Notes: generated from the sequence alone by a model not told the origin. A stretch of 63,499 bases of DNA, filler included, from Methanobacteriota archaeon (GCA_024860865.1; 8 parts of 8 records of this genome joined end to end with filler, not necessarily neighbours in it); one strand, 5' to 3'. Shown: positions 51,199 to 62,672, counted from the whole stretch's first letter. A program made the numbers and translations.

Positions 51199-51629
51199 AA
51201 TTCTTGGATGCTAATATTTTCATTTATGCTTATTATAAACCAAAAAAGCGATTAAACAAAGAAGAGCAAGCAATGAAAAATTTTGCAAAAGAGATCATTG
51301 ACAGTATTAATCAAGGAAAAGCAGAAATAATAACTTCAGTAGTTCATATTTCGGAAATGGTCAATATTCTCAAACATGGTACATCTATTAAAGAATTGGA
51401 TGAAGTAATTTCGAGCCTTTTTATGCTTGATAACGTGAAGATATTTGGGGTTAGCAAAGAAGAATATTTTATGGCAACGGAGTTAGGTTCTGAGCTAAAA
51501 TTAGATCCTAATGATGCATTGGCAGTTCAAATAATGAAAAAAAATAAAGCGACTCAAATATATTCTTTTGATAGCGATTTTAATAAGGTTGAAGAAATAA
51601 CAAGGTTACCGAAAATTGAAAAAAGTTAA
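51195..51629 (+). CDS. PIN-domain VapC toxin
   Basis: FLDANIFIYA, SE, NDALA, YSFDSDF. Confidence 0.9.
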   Translation: MKFLDANIFIYAYYKPKKRLNKEEQAMKNFAKEIIDSINQGKAEIITSVVHISEMVNILKHGTSIKELDEVISSLFMLDNVKIFGVSKEEYFMATELGSELKLDPNDALAVQIMKKNKATQIYSFDSDFNKVEEITRLPKIEKS

Positions 51630-52115
51630 ACAATTTTGTAGACCTATACTTATCTCGTCAACAACAGTTCTTCTTTCCAATGGCTTGGAACCAATATTTA
51701 TAATTCACCAAGAAATGATGACTGAATCTTTTAACGCTCGTGCCTAATAGTCGTTTAATAAAGGTTTCTTGCTTTGTGACGGCTATGGGCTCAGCCCTGC
51801 CTTGCAGCACATAGCCGCGGGCCTGACGGCAAAGCGCAAATATGTGAAAAAACTTGAAAATACTTGAGAATTCGAAATTCATCCCAGCTCTAAAGAAAGA
51901 GTTGAGTCATTTGTCGGAACATGATGATGAAAAAATAGAAGAAAAGGAAAGAAGAAGTTGGAAAAGGGGGCATTCTACTGGCGCGTTTGAATATCGCATG
52001 GGATTACGAGCTAATGTTTTTAGAATAGTTCAATTATAATTAATAAAGTTAGTTTGCTCGTATAATTATGATTTTCCAACTATCTCTTTAGCAAGCATAA
52101 AAATGTTCTTGATAA

Positions 52116-53252
52116 TTGATTGATATGACACAACTTAAAGAAATGCAAAATCCAACTCTTGCGATAATAAAAAATAAGAAAGATTCGCCTGATTATGTCC
52201 GCTTGAGTCTAGCTGCAGCAATGACTTTAGGATATGCTCCAGGGAAATTCTATAGAGATGCTAAACTTTACTGCATAAATTTATTAATGCTTTATGGAGA
52301 TGGGTGTAAAGCTCGTTGCAGTTATTGTGGTTTATCAAGGGCACGACCAGGTGAATATGAAACTAAAAGCTTCATTAGAGTTGATTGGCCGTCTTTTGCT
52401 CTAAGTGATGTAATTGATCGAATAACAAAAATTGAAGATGAAGTTGAAAGAATTTGCGTTTCAATGATTACCCATCCGAACGCACCAAAAGATTTGATCG
52501 CTGTAATTAAAAAAATAAGAGAAAAAACAAATATCCCAATTTCAGCGTTAGTAACTCCTACGCTAATAAAAGAGGAAGAGATGAGGCAAATAAAGGAAGC
52601 TGGTGTGGACATACTAGGAATTGCGGTCGACTGTGCAACAGAAGGGCTTTTTGATATTCATAGAGGAAAACACATCCAAGGACCACATAAGTGGAAGCGC
52701 TATTGGGATGCAATTGATGAAGCGGTTAAAATTTTTGGAGGAGGAAAAGTTAGCACTCATTTGATTGTTGGTTTAGGTGAAACTGAGAAAGAAATCATTG
52801 CTGCCATCCAAAGATCTCATGATTTAGGTGCAATGACTCATTTATTCTCATTTTTTGCTGAGGAGGATTCTCCACTTGCAAAACACTCTCAGCCACCACT
52901 TGGCCAATATAGAAGAGTACAGATTGCAAGATATTTAATCGATAATGAAATGGCAAGATTTGAGAACATGAAATTCAATTCAAAAGGTCAACTCATTAGC
53001 TTTGGAGTTTCAGAAGATGCATTGAATAAGGTAATAACTGAAGGAGAAGCTTTTATGACATCTGGCTGCCCAGCTAAAGATGGGACGCTTGCTTGTAACA
53101 GGCCCTTTGCAAATGAAACACCGGGACAGGCGGCAAGTGGAGAATGGCGCAATTACCCGTTTAAGCCAACGAGTGAAGATATTGAAATTGTAAAAAAGCA
53201 GGTCTGGGATTACAGCGAAACTTATGTGGCCAAGAGCATATTTTCCGAGTAA
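52116..53252 (+). CDS. Radical SAM protein, archaeal lipoyl synthase LipS2-like
   Basis: CKARCSYC; C-terminal TSGCP...CNRP. Confidence 0.7.
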   Translation: MIDMTQLKEMQNPTLAIIKNKKDSPDYVRLSLAAAMTLGYAPGKFYRDAKLYCINLLMLYGDGCKARCSYCGLSRARPGEYETKSFIRVDWPSFALSDVIDRITKIEDEVERICVSMITHPNAPKDLIAVIKKIREKTNIPISALVTPTLIKEEEMRQIKEAGVDILGIAVDCATEGLFDIHRGKHIQGPHKWKRYWDAIDEAVKIFGGGKVSTHLIVGLGETEKEIIAAIQRSHDLGAMTHLFSFFAEEDSPLAKHSQPPLGQYRRVQIARYLIDNEMARFENMKFNSKGQLISFGVSEDALNKVITEGEAFMTSGCPAKDGTLACNRPFANETPGQAASGEWRNYPFKPTSEDIEIVKKQVWDYSETYVAKSIFSE

Positions 53253-53532
53253 AAACGAGCCGTTGTGTACTTCACCATCATCTTGTTGATACAGGCCTGG
53301 CGGCAAAGCGCAAAGAAAATTAAGAGCTTGAAAATATTAAAAATTTTTGAAATTAATTTGGATTCGAACAATGAACAAGTGGAGGGAAAGGCCACCGAAA
53401 GGTATTGCGACTTATTCATCAGCTAAAGCAGATGGTATTTTTTAAGAAAATAATTATGTCATTGTATCCAATGTTTTATTGTCATGTTTACAAACGATAT
53501 GATTTTTAAGTCCGATTGTATAAAAAGCCTCC

Positions 53533-53632
53533 NNNNNNNNNNNNNNNNNNNNNNNNNNNNNNNNNNNNNNNNNNNNTTAATTAATTAANNNNNNNNNNNN
53601 NNNNNNNNNNNNNNNNNNNNNNNNNNNNNNNN
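53533..53632. other. Artificial contig spacer
   Basis: N-run/TTAATTAATTAA/N-run. Confidence 0.98.
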
Positions 53633-53633
53633 A

Positions 53634-53792
53634 GAATATACAAAAAAGAATCCTCTTGCATGCTTTTCTTGCATGGGTTTAAAGCTAGGAATTTTGAAGG
53701 TAGTTTTTGGAATTGATATTAAGAAACTAAATGTTCCAAAAAGGTTGGCTCTTGGAGATGATTGTTGCCTGATAGAAGTTCCAAAGAAATAA
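53634..53792 (+). CDS. C-terminal fragment, V4R-like protein
   Basis: ACFSC...RLALGDDCCLIEV. Confidence 0.45.
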   Translation, partial: EYTKKNPLACFSCMGLKLGILKVVFGIDIKKLNVPKRLALGDDCCLIEVPKK

Positions 53793-53992
53793 GAAAAAAT
53801 AAAATTCGTTGCTTCTTTTTTCTCATCAAATTTAATGCGAACTATTTCTAATTCTGCAATTATTAGAAAGATTTCAGCTAATTTTTTCGGCAATATTCAA
53901 TTAGTTGTTTTTATAAAATGCTCAAATTGCGTTCGGCTTTAACAGTTTAACTTTAAATACTTCGCATCTAGAAGAATAATTGGTGTTAGGAA

Positions 53993-54940
53993 ATGGAACG
54001 CCTTCCTGATATTCATGAATTTATCCCAGAAGTTGAACTCCATCTAACTAGAGTTGGGGTATCAGGGGTTAAAAAAGTTATTAAAGTTAATGTCCCTAAT
54101 TTTGGGGTTATTACTTGGATTCCAACTATTGATGCTTATATTGACCTCCCAGCTAACAAAAAAGGAGTCCACATGTCAAGAAGCAACGAGGCGATAACCC
54201 ACATTATCGAGGAAAGCATTGAAAAACCAGCTCAGAGGCTAGAAACACTATGCGCTAGGATTGCAAAACAACTTCTTGAAAAGCACGATTATGCAACTAG
54301 ATCAGAAGTTAAAATGGACTGTGACTATGGAGTTTACAGACAAACGCCAGTAAGTAAGAAAAGAACGCTCGAAATGTGCAAAGTTATGGCAAGAGCGGTG
54401 GCTCATAGAAGAAATGGTGAAATGAAAATTCGAAAAATGATTGGAGCGGAAGTTACAGGAATAACAACTTGCCCATGCGCACAAGAAGTAATGAAGCAAT
54501 TTTCAAAGAAAAGATTGAAAAATAAAGCACATGATTTAGGGCTTACAATAGATCAAATTGAAAAAATAATAAATTTAATTCCAACTCCAACACATACGCA
54601 GAGGAACACTGGATTAATCATGATTGAAATTCCAGAAGAATATGATGTAAATGCTGAAGATTTGATCAAGATAATTGAGGAGTCAATGAGTGCAACAACA
54701 TTTGAAGTTTTAAAGAGAATTGATGAAGCAGAATTAATAAAACGAGCGCATCTCAGCCCCATGTTTACTGAAGATTGCGTTAGAAATATGCTAAAGAAAA
54801 TTATAGCAAAGTTTTCTTATTTGCCAGATAATGTTGTTATAATAGTTAGAAACATCAGTGAAGAAAGCGTTCATAAACACAATGCAATTGCAGAACGAAT
54901 TACAACTCTTGGTAAGCTCCGCAAAGAAATTGGCAGCTGA
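53993..54940 (+). CDS. mptA: GTP cyclohydrolase MptA (FolE2 family)
   Basis: KGVHMSR, TTCPCAQ, HTQR, PMFTEDCVR, ESVHKHNA. Confidence 0.9.
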   Translation: MERLPDIHEFIPEVELHLTRVGVSGVKKVIKVNVPNFGVITWIPTIDAYIDLPANKKGVHMSRSNEAITHIIEESIEKPAQRLETLCARIAKQLLEKHDYATRSEVKMDCDYGVYRQTPVSKKRTLEMCKVMARAVAHRRNGEMKIRKMIGAEVTGITTCPCAQEVMKQFSKKRLKNKAHDLGLTIDQIEKIINLIPTPTHTQRNTGLIMIEIPEEYDVNAEDLIKIIEESMSATTFEVLKRIDEAELIKRAHLSPMFTEDCVRNMLKKIIAKFSYLPDNVVIIVRNISEESVHKHNAIAERITTLGKLRKEIGS

Positions 54941-55479
54941 TATGGTGCAGACAAAGTACATACGAGAAGGCGCAGGGCACTATTTTTATAAAATTAAAAA
55001 TTTAACTCCTTTTCTGCACCTTGGGTTATTTTTTTAAGCTGATAGAGCTGACCATTTATGCTCGCAATTTGTCTTTTTAATTTTAATCTCAAAATTTAAC
55101 TTTGAAAAAACCCAAAAATTTACAAAAAGTTTTAAAAATTTTATAAATAATTAGAGACTATTTCATGTTGAGTATGCTGAAATGTAAAAAACCTAAAGAT
55201 GCTAGGACTCTAGTTTCAAAAAAGCTTTTACAATCCTTCGAACTAAGTCACTGCTATTAGGCTCACCAAAAATCAGAATGAAAGTGGAACCTGTAGTAGC
55301 TCTGCAATAAAACCTGCGATTGAGCTAGATGAGAAAAAAGAGAGAAAGCAATTAACATACAGCCCAAAGTGGTGAAATAATTTATTAAACAAGTTCCAAA
55401 ATACTAAAAAAGATAATCAATGGGAATCAGGAATAAAAGAAAAAATAGCTCAACTTTATGCAAAGCTGGTGAGATATAG

Positions 55480-56139
55480 ATGAAAGTGACCTGCGCTAAA
55501 TTAGAAGTCATAGTTAGAAACTGTCGTCGCGAAGATTTACCAAGAGTATATGAAATAAATTTAAAAGCTTTCTCTCAGCCACATCAAATGGTAGAATTTT
55601 CTTGGTTCTATGAGATGGAGCCCAGCGGAACTTATATTGCAGTCGATAAAAATAGAAACAAAATAATAGGATTTGTATTTGGAGTTTACAGACCAGTTTT
55701 TTTCTACTTGGAAAAGGCAGATATTAAAGATGGATGGATTCCATTAATTGCGGTCGATCCAGAGTATCAGAAAAGAGGAATTGGAACTTTATTAATGCAA
55801 ACAATTGAAGAATACTTGCGAAGCAAGGGAGCTAAAGAAGTAAAAGTTGAAGTTAGAGAGAACAATACTGGCGCATTAGAATACTATAATAAAATTGGCT
55901 TTGAAATTCATAAAAAGATTCCAAATTATTATTTTGATGGCGAGAATGGTATAGTAATGAAAAAAAACTTGCAAAAAAAGATTGATATCCAAATGAAATT
56001 AAAGCCTAGATACACTAGCTGTATAAAATGTGGCAGTTTTAATATTAGATATAAAGTTCCATTTCTTTTGGATCTAAACTGCGAATGTGAGGATTGTGGG
56101 TGCGTTTGGCCAGTAGTGTTTGAGGAAAAAATTAAATAA
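55480..56139 (+). CDS. RimI-like GNAT acetyltransferase with C-terminal Zn ribbon
   Basis: AVDPEYQKRGIG, EVRENN, YY.DGE; CIKC...CEDC. Confidence 0.85.
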   Translation: MKVTCAKLEVIVRNCRREDLPRVYEINLKAFSQPHQMVEFSWFYEMEPSGTYIAVDKNRNKIIGFVFGVYRPVFFYLEKADIKDGWIPLIAVDPEYQKRGIGTLLMQTIEEYLRSKGAKEVKVEVRENNTGALEYYNKIGFEIHKKIPNYYFDGENGIVMKKNLQKKIDIQMKLKPRYTSCIKCGSFNIRYKVPFLLDLNCECEDCGCVWPVVFEEKIK

Positions 56140-56289
56140 TATCAAGAAAAATTTGTTGTTACTGGAGAGCAGATCTTTGATGCTGAAAAAGCTGAGAATG
56201 AATCTCTCTCAGTCCCTGCTTAAGGGGTCAGTTTTGACCCCTGCCAGGCTTTTCTAAGTTGTGATATCTATAACATTGTACCTTTTAAT

Positions 56290-56389
56290 NNNNNNNNNNN
56301 NNNNNNNNNNNNNNNNNNNNNNNNNNNNNNNNNTTAATTAATTAANNNNNNNNNNNNNNNNNNNNNNNNNNNNNNNNNNNNNNNNNNNN
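56290..56389. other. Artificial contig spacer
   Basis: N-run/TTAATTAATTAA/N-run. Confidence 0.98.
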
Positions 56390-56656
56390 CATACAGCGTA
56401 AATTTCTGGGTTTGCTTATAACAGTTTTCTCTTTCATTTTAATCCTTTAAAAATTTCTAATGATAATTGAGAAAGCTTGTAAATAATTTGTTATCATATG
56501 TTATTAGAAATACATATGCAAAAAATGCAGACTCTCTTGACCATTTAAAGAAACTTGTGTCAATAATTTAGAATTTCAAACCAAAAAAAACTTATTTTAT
56601 TAATTTATTTAACCAAATTTTTTTAAACAAGCAAAACTAATGAAAAAAAGAAAAAA

Positions 56657-57664
56657 ATGCAGACCATATTTGAACCTGGCAAAATAAAAAAAGACATTGT
56701 TGACTTTGCTATTTCAAATTTCAAGAAAGAGATAGAAAGGGCAGTGGAAAAAGCCGATTTTGAACCTCCAGATGAGATCGATGCGATCAATTTTCTCGGT
56801 TGGTTTATTCTCGAAAAACCAATAAAGAATGGAAAAACTCCTTTAGAGTTATACGTTGAAAGACATAAAGAATTGCCGGAGGAAATTAGAAGAGAACTAT
56901 TGCGATGGAAAGATGTACATAAGAGCATGTTTGAGGTAAAAGAGAAGAGGGACAATGGAGTACTGCTTTACGATTTGGTAAAAGGGCGAGAGTATTTTGT
57001 AAAACCTACAAAAGAAGGTGTCATTCGTTATTTTTCAGCCGGATCTATAATATACACTAGAATAGTTCCCTGGAAAGATCATTATCTCTTTTCTGGTATG
57101 CAAAATTCATTTGCGAAAAAAGATGCCAAAGTTCTAAGAGCGATGGCTGATATTTATAGAGAAAATCCTTCTTTTTTTGAGTTTAGCGATAGTTTAGATA
57201 TAGTTGATGAACTGCTTGAGAAAGAGAGATACGAAGAAGCATTAGAAATCTTAAATGGAATCTTAAAGGGAGATAAAGATAATGAAGAGGCTCTCCTCCT
57301 AAAGGGGGAAGCTTATTTCCATCAAAATGAAATTAAAAAAGCTATAGAATATTTTGATAAGTGTCTGGAGATAAATCCGCGAAATGATGGTGCATATTGC
57401 TACAAAGCATCTGCTGCTTTTTTGCAACTAAGATTCCAAGAAGCTTTAAATCACTGCAATAAAGCACTAGAATTGAATCTGCACAACTATGACGCCGTAA
57501 TAATGAAAGCATTTATGCTTTACCAATTGGGTATTAAAGAGTATAAAAAATGGATTGAAAGGGCTTATTCTTTAAACCATAAAAGAACAGAGAATTTTAT
57601 GAAAAACTATTGGATTAGCGAAAAACTGAATGAAGATAATTGGGTTACCTGTAAAAAGGATTAG
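56657..57664 (+). CDS. TPR-repeat protein
   Basis: C-terminal TPRs (KAIEYFDKCLEINP; EALNHCNKALELN). Confidence 0.8.
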   Translation: MQTIFEPGKIKKDIVDFAISNFKKEIERAVEKADFEPPDEIDAINFLGWFILEKPIKNGKTPLELYVERHKELPEEIRRELLRWKDVHKSMFEVKEKRDNGVLLYDLVKGREYFVKPTKEGVIRYFSAGSIIYTRIVPWKDHYLFSGMQNSFAKKDAKVLRAMADIYRENPSFFEFSDSLDIVDELLEKERYEEALEILNGILKGDKDNEEALLLKGEAYFHQNEIKKAIEYFDKCLEINPRNDGAYCYKASAAFLQLRFQEALNHCNKALELNLHNYDAVIMKAFMLYQLGIKEYKKWIERAYSLNHKRTENFMKNYWISEKLNEDNWVTCKKD

Positions 57665-57716
57665 GAAGTACATATGTTTCTCTAATTTTTGGAGTTATAT
57701 AAAATAAATGACTTTG

Positions 57717-58247
57717 TTAAAGTTTTTTTAGATATTCTAATATAGCCAAATAATCTTCAGGCGAAAGTCTCCATCCAGCTTGGCGCATTGCATTTATTTT
57801 TTGAATAAGCTCATTCCTTTTTATTTTCCCAGTTTGGTACATTTTTCCTAGAATATATCCAGTTCCATGAAGTTGAATGTTCATAAGTTTAGCAACAGAT
57901 TTCGCTACATAATCGTCGATTATTGCTACACCATTTAGCTCCTTGGCTAGAACCAGAGCTTCAGCTTCAGCTCTATGAAGAGGATTTTTTTGAGTTTCAG
58001 CGGCTATTTTAATCAACTTGAACACATAATTTTTTTTCTTAGGCTCCCGTAATTGAATTACCTTATCATTGATCAGTTCATCTAATACCATCACTTCTGT
58101 CCTTCCAAATTCCTTACCTCTCAGAATTTCATAATGAACATTCGGTGTAGTAAATTTTGGCGCTGGAAGTTCCTCTAGCAATTCAGACAGAGAAACTTTT
58201 ACAATATATATCAGCGGAGTGGCATTGAAAACAAGTGGCTTGGCCAA
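57717..58247 (-). CDS. DUF3368 PIN-like protein
   Basis: VFNATPLI, AEAL.LA, IIDD, GT. Confidence 0.85.
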   Translation of the reverse strand: MAKPLVFNATPLIYIVKVSLSELLEELPAPKFTTPNVHYEILRGKEFGRTEVMVLDELINDKVIQLREPKKKNYVFKLIKIAAETQKNPLHRAEAEALVLAKELNGVAIIDDYVAKSVAKLMNIQLHGTGYILGKMYQTGKIKRNELIQKINAMRQAGWRLSPEDYLAILEYLKKL

Positions 58248-58254
58248 TAATTAA

Positions 58255-58569
58255 TTACTCCTTAAGAGCCGCCTCAAAATCTTCTATAAAATCTTCAGCT
58301 GTGTATTGAACAGGGATTTTTCGTTTTATTGCCACGTCCATAATTTCCCATAGGGAAATGCCGGCAATTTCTGCTGCCTTCCAAAGTGTTACTTTTCCTT
58401 GTTGATATAGCCCTAGCGCTTTCCTGAGTTTCCATTGCCTTATATATCTGTCAGTTGCACGAATTATAACAGTAGATTTGTCTACTTTTTCTTCATCTGC
58501 TATTCGTTCAACTTCTTTTATGAGTCTTGGATGGAACCTAGCAGCTATAACCTGTAATTTTTTTTTCAT
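58255..58569 (-). CDS. UPF0175 antitoxin
   Basis: GKVTLWKAAEIAGISLWE. Confidence 0.85.
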   Translation of the reverse strand: MKKKLQVIAARFHPRLIKEVERIADEEKVDKSTVIIRATDRYIRQWKLRKALGLYQQGKVTLWKAAEIAGISLWEIMDVAIKRKIPVQYTAEDFIEDFEAALKE

Positions 58570-58739
58570 GTTTACATTATTTAACTAAGTTTACTATTTA
58601 AATATACCGTAACTAGTAAAGCCGTGGTAAAGAGAATTTGCAGATATCAACCCTTTAGATGGTTTGCATACAGTACGGACATCTGCTGTAACTCCAAGCT
58701 TTCCATGCTTTACGGCAAACTTTCAACTAAAATATATAA

Positions 58740-59285
58740 CTAGATTTCATCTATCATTGCAATTATTTTAGAATACTGCTCAGCCGAGCATCTCCAGCCC
58801 AAACTCACTATATCGTTCACAATTGTTTTTGCCTCTTTCTTCGCTATTATTTTATGTATAACAAGCAGAGCTAAGATGAAAGGAGTGCCTTTGCATTTAA
58901 TTCCATAAATTCTTGCAGTTTCTCTAGCTATTCTGTCATCTACTATTGCAATTCCATCTTTCTCCTTGGCCATAGCTAAAACTTGGGCATCACTCTCATG
59001 TAATTCTGGAATTTTTAGAAGCATTTGAAAGAATTTTTTATCAACAATTTCTTCAACTTTTATTGTTTCTTCTCGAATGTTCTTTTCAATTATGAAAGCA
59101 TCTTTAGCAGCAATTTCTTTTCCTTTATCCACAACTTCTTCTTTCACTTTAAAAGTAGTCAACTTTTCATATGGCAAATTGCCAATAAGAGGAAGTAAAC
59201 CAACTTTGGCCAAATAGATCAAAGGAGTTGAGTTAAAAATGAGAATCATAAGCCCACTGCTATCTCTTCGCAAGCTTCTTTGCAA
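58740..59285 (-). CDS. DUF3368 PIN-like protein
   Basis: IFNSTPLI, IVDD..AR, GT. Confidence 0.85.
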   Translation of the reverse strand: MQRSLRRDSSGLMILIFNSTPLIYLAKVGLLPLIGNLPYEKLTTFKVKEEVVDKGKEIAAKDAFIIEKNIREETIKVEEIVDKKFFQMLLKIPELHESDAQVLAMAKEKDGIAIVDDRIARETARIYGIKCKGTPFILALLVIHKIIAKKEAKTIVNDIVSLGWRCSAEQYSKIIAMIDEI

Positions 59286-59580
59286 GTTTAAACTCTTCTT
59301 CTATCTCTTGTGGAGTAAGGTGTACCCATTCAATTCTCTTTTGTTTTACTAAATCCAGCATTTCCCACGATGAAATTCCGGCAAGTTCAGCTGCTTTTGC
59401 AAATGTAACCTTGCTATCCTTAAGCAATTGCAACGCTCTCTCTTTTCTCCATTCTGAGATTCCTTTTTCTAACATTTTTCTTACTGCAGTTGACTTGTCT
59501 ATTTTTTCAATTTTCATGTATTCGATTAGCTGTCTTTTTATCTCCTTTGGAATTCTCGTGGCTAGAGGTTCATATGCCAT
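59260..59580 (-). CDS. UPF0175 antitoxin (likely start MAYEPL)
   Basis: DKSTAVRK, KVTFAKAAELAGIS.WE. Confidence 0.85.
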   Translation of the reverse strand: MAYEPLATRIPKEIKRQLIEYMKIEKIDKSTAVRKMLEKGISEWRKERALQLLKDSKVTFAKAAELAGISSWEMLDLVKQKRIEWVHLTPQEIEEEFKLAKKLAKR

Positions 59581-59878
59581 TTTAATCACGTTTACATTTG
59601 TTAATATTCGTATACCCAAAATAAAAGCTTTTCTATTGGAATCGCTAGATTTTGAAATCAGTGTTTTTAAGAGAGAAAGCAAATACAATGTGTCCTAACC
59701 AAAAGTTACTTACATCTAGCTTAATTTAATTTAAAAAGGATGAAAAGCGCAAAAGGCTAGGTGTGGAGAGTAGGATTTACACCCGCCTACTGGAATGATA
59801 CCCTTGCAACCCCCTCTTTTTCTATTGGTTATCAAATGTGCGCTGGTAATTAGGTCAATGATTTTATATTTAATGCTA

Positions 59879-61165
59879 TTACCGTTTCCTGACGCTCTCA
59901 GCATGCGCCTTAAGCCCTTCCATCTCAGCTAACTTAATTACATACTTTTTCAACTTATCCAAACCAGCTTTGTCTAAAATCTGAACAGTAGGCTGTTTTA
60001 TAAAATCATATACCGATAAACCAGAGTAAGCCCTTGCAAAACCTGAGGTCGGCAAAACATGGTTTGTCCCGCTTGCATAATCTCCAACTGGAACCGGAGC
60101 ATATTCTCCAACAAAAATTGAACCTGCATTTTTAATTTTCGAAACTAAAGCCTCAGCATTTTTTGTCTGAATTTCTAGATGCTCTGGAGCATAATCATTT
60201 GTGAAATCAACAGCTTCTCCCATGTTTTTGGCTATTAGAATCCAGCCATTCTTAGATAGAGATTCCTCAATAATTTCCGCGCGTTCAAGTGTTTTGGTTT
60301 GTTTTTCAACTTCAGCTTTGACTTGATTAGCTAATTTTTCTGAGGTTGTAACTAAAACAGCAGCAGCATTTGGATCGTGTTCAGCTTGCGCTAACATATC
60401 AATGGCTACCCAATCCGGTTTTGCCGTGTCGTCTGCCAAAATTAGAACTTCGCTAGGGCCAGCTGGAAAATCAGTTGCAACATATCCTGCTACTAAAATC
60501 TTAGCAGTTGTTACATAGATATTACCAGGCCCAACTATTTTATCGACTTTTGTTATAGTCTCTGTGCCAAATGCCATAGCCGCTATAGCTTGAGCTCCAC
60601 CGACCCGATAAATTTCATCTGCACCAACTATATCGCAGGCAACTAAAATGAGCGGATTGATTGTGCCATCTGTTTGCGGAGGAGTGCAAACAACAATTCT
60701 CTCGACACCAGCAACCTTTGCTGGGAGCACCGTCATTAAAACGCTTGAGGGGTAGGGTGCTCTACCTCCCGGAACGTAGCAGCCGACTTTTTCAATTGGC
60801 CTTACCAGTTGATGGAGCTCGATACCCTCTGCGATTTTGACTTTTAGTTCAGTTGGAAGCTGCGCAGCATGGAATTTTTTGATGTTTTTAACCGCTTCTT
60901 TAATCGCCTCAAGTAACTCTGGAGAAACTTTTTCATATGCCTTATCGATCTCGGTTTGTGTAATTTTCAGAAACTCTTTAGTAATTCTTATTTTTTCGAA
61001 CCTTTTTGCATATTTATCCGATATAGCTTTATCACCAAACTTTCGAACATCATCAATGATCTTCTGAATTCCGACCTTTATATCCTCGAGCTCAAGTTTT
61101 GATCTCTCAAGAATCTTTTTTCTTTCAGCTTGAGACAACTCTTCGATTTTTTTGATTGGAATCAT
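59879..61165 (-). CDS. hisD: Histidinol dehydrogenase
   Basis: [40 protein letters not shown]. Confidence 0.96.
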   Translation of the reverse strand: MIPIKKIEELSQAERKKILERSKLELEDIKVGIQKIIDDVRKFGDKAISDKYAKRFEKIRITKEFLKITQTEIDKAYEKVSPELLEAIKEAVKNIKKFHAAQLPTELKVKIAEGIELHQLVRPIEKVGCYVPGGRAPYPSSVLMTVLPAKVAGVERIVVCTPPQTDGTINPLILVACDIVGADEIYRVGGAQAIAAMAFGTETITKVDKIVGPGNIYVTTAKILVAGYVATDFPAGPSEVLILADDTAKPDWVAIDMLAQAEHDPNAAAVLVTTSEKLANQVKAEVEKQTKTLERAEIIEESLSKNGWILIAKNMGEAVDFTNDYAPEHLEIQTKNAEALVSKIKNAGSIFVGEYAPVPVGDYASGTNHVLPTSGFARAYSGLSVYDFIKQPTVQILDKAGLDKLKKYVIKLAEMEGLKAHAESVRKR

Positions 61166-61920
61166 TTTTTGCTCAACTCAGTTAACCTTTTGTTGATGTG
61201 TTTTAAAACCTCAGCTAAGTTCTTTTTATTATTAAACTTTTTTAGGATTTTTTCAAGTTCAGCTCTTGGTTTCTCTTTTAATTGTTTAACTGTTTCAATT
61301 AAGTTTGGAGCTGCTCGCACAATATTATCAACTATTGTAATACTTGCAGCTTGAGAAGTCCTTGAGAGCGGATTTAGGTCAAATGCAATTACAGTTTTAT
61401 TCAGCTTTCTCAGCGCTTGGCATCTATCGCCGTCTTCAAGCGGCACCAGAACAGTATCTGCAATTAAAATTCCCCTAGGGTCCACTCTTCTTCTTTCACT
61501 CATCAACTCCGGAATAGTTGCTCTTTCCTTGCCAACTCCTAAAATCTCTTTTGCACCTGCCTTTCTCAGCTCTATAGCTATCTTTCTTTCCCTTGCTTTC
61601 GTTCGATAAAAAAGATTCACTTCAATTTTCGCTGGAATTATCTTTGCTAATTCAACTATTTCCCTTGCAACTAAGGCAGCTGTATTTCCGTTAACAGAAA
61701 TTACAGGATGTTTTGCTAAAAGTAGTGCAGCTGCTGCAGCTCTTATTGCTTTTTTTGCCGGATTTGTTGTCTTCTCTTCAAGCAAATAATCGAAACACTC
61801 ACCTCTGCCTTGAGCTATCAATCCTTCTAGCGCCACATAACCTCTCTCAAACCCCTTAACTAATTTTTCACGAATCTTGAGGGACTTTGCTCTCGGATGA
61901 TTTGCTGGAATTTTGGCCAT
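61162..61920 (-). CDS. 4-phosphopantoate-beta-alanine ligase (phosphopantothenate synthetase)
   Basis: [33 protein letters not shown]. Confidence 0.93.
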   Translation of the reverse strand: MAKIPANHPRAKSLKIREKLVKGFERGYVALEGLIAQGRGECFDYLLEEKTTNPAKKAIRAAAAALLLAKHPVISVNGNTAALVAREIVELAKIIPAKIEVNLFYRTKARERKIAIELRKAGAKEILGVGKERATIPELMSERRRVDPRGILIADTVLVPLEDGDRCQALRKLNKTVIAFDLNPLSRTSQAASITIVDNIVRAAPNLIETVKQLKEKPRAELEKILKKFNNKKNLAEVLKHINKRLTELSKK

Positions 61921-62039
61921 TTTTACCGCTGAAAATTATTTTATTACAAACCATAAACATATAGTTAAATTTATTTGGTAACATTAATTAATACCTAGCC
62001 CTATTCAAATTAATTTTAAACATTTTTAAAGGAATTTAG

Positions 62040-62672
62040 ATGCAAATGAAAGTTATAATTGAAGGAGAAGTACAAAGAGTTGGTTATCGAAATTTTGTTG
62101 CTAAAAAAGCTATAATACTTGGAATAAAAGGACGAGTAAAAAATTTAAAAGATGGTAGAGTAGAAATCATTTGTGATGGTAAGGAAGCCACACTCAAAAA
62201 ATTTTTAAAAGAAATTAATGTGAAAGAGCCCCCCTTAATAGTTGAAAAAATTACTTCTGCTCCACAAGTGCCTAAGAAGAAGTTTAAGACGTTTGAAATA
62301 ATCGCTGGGCAACTTAAAGATGAATTAATTGAAGGTTTTGGTGCAGCATCAGAATATTTAAGAACTACTCGTAATGAGTTAAAATCTACACATGGTGAGT
62401 TAAAATCATTTAGAAATGAATCAAATCAGAATTTAAAATTTCTAGGCTCAGAGATGTCCGGCCTTAAAAGTGAAATAAAGTCATTTAGGACAGAAACAAA
62501 AGAGAATTTTAATGCTTTAAATTCAAAATATGACAAAATTTCAAGTATAATGGAAACTTTCATTAATGAAATGCGTGCCTATGTTAAAGGAACACAAGTG
62601 CTTAATGAGAAGCTTACCGAAGTTATCGCGCTTTTATCAAAAAGCTACAGCAGGAAGAAAAGACGCTCCTAA
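62040..62672 (+). CDS. Acylphosphatase with coiled-coil extension
   Basis: GEVQRVGYR, KNLKDGRV; heptad-rich tail. Confidence 0.82.
   Translation: MQMKVIIEGEVQRVGYRNFVAKKAIILGIKGRVKNLKDGRVEIICDGKEATLKKFLKEINVKEPPLIVEKITSAPQVPKKKFKTFEIIAGQLKDELIEGFGAASEYLRTTRNELKSTHGELKSFRNESNQNLKFLGSEMSGLKSEIKSFRTETKENFNALNSKYDKISSIMETFINEMRAYVKGTQVLNEKLTEVIALLSKSYSRKKRRS

Noticed and set aside
15029-56389. TTAATTAATTAA repeated seven times within N runs
   Set aside because: Synthetic all-frame-stop contig linker, not biological.
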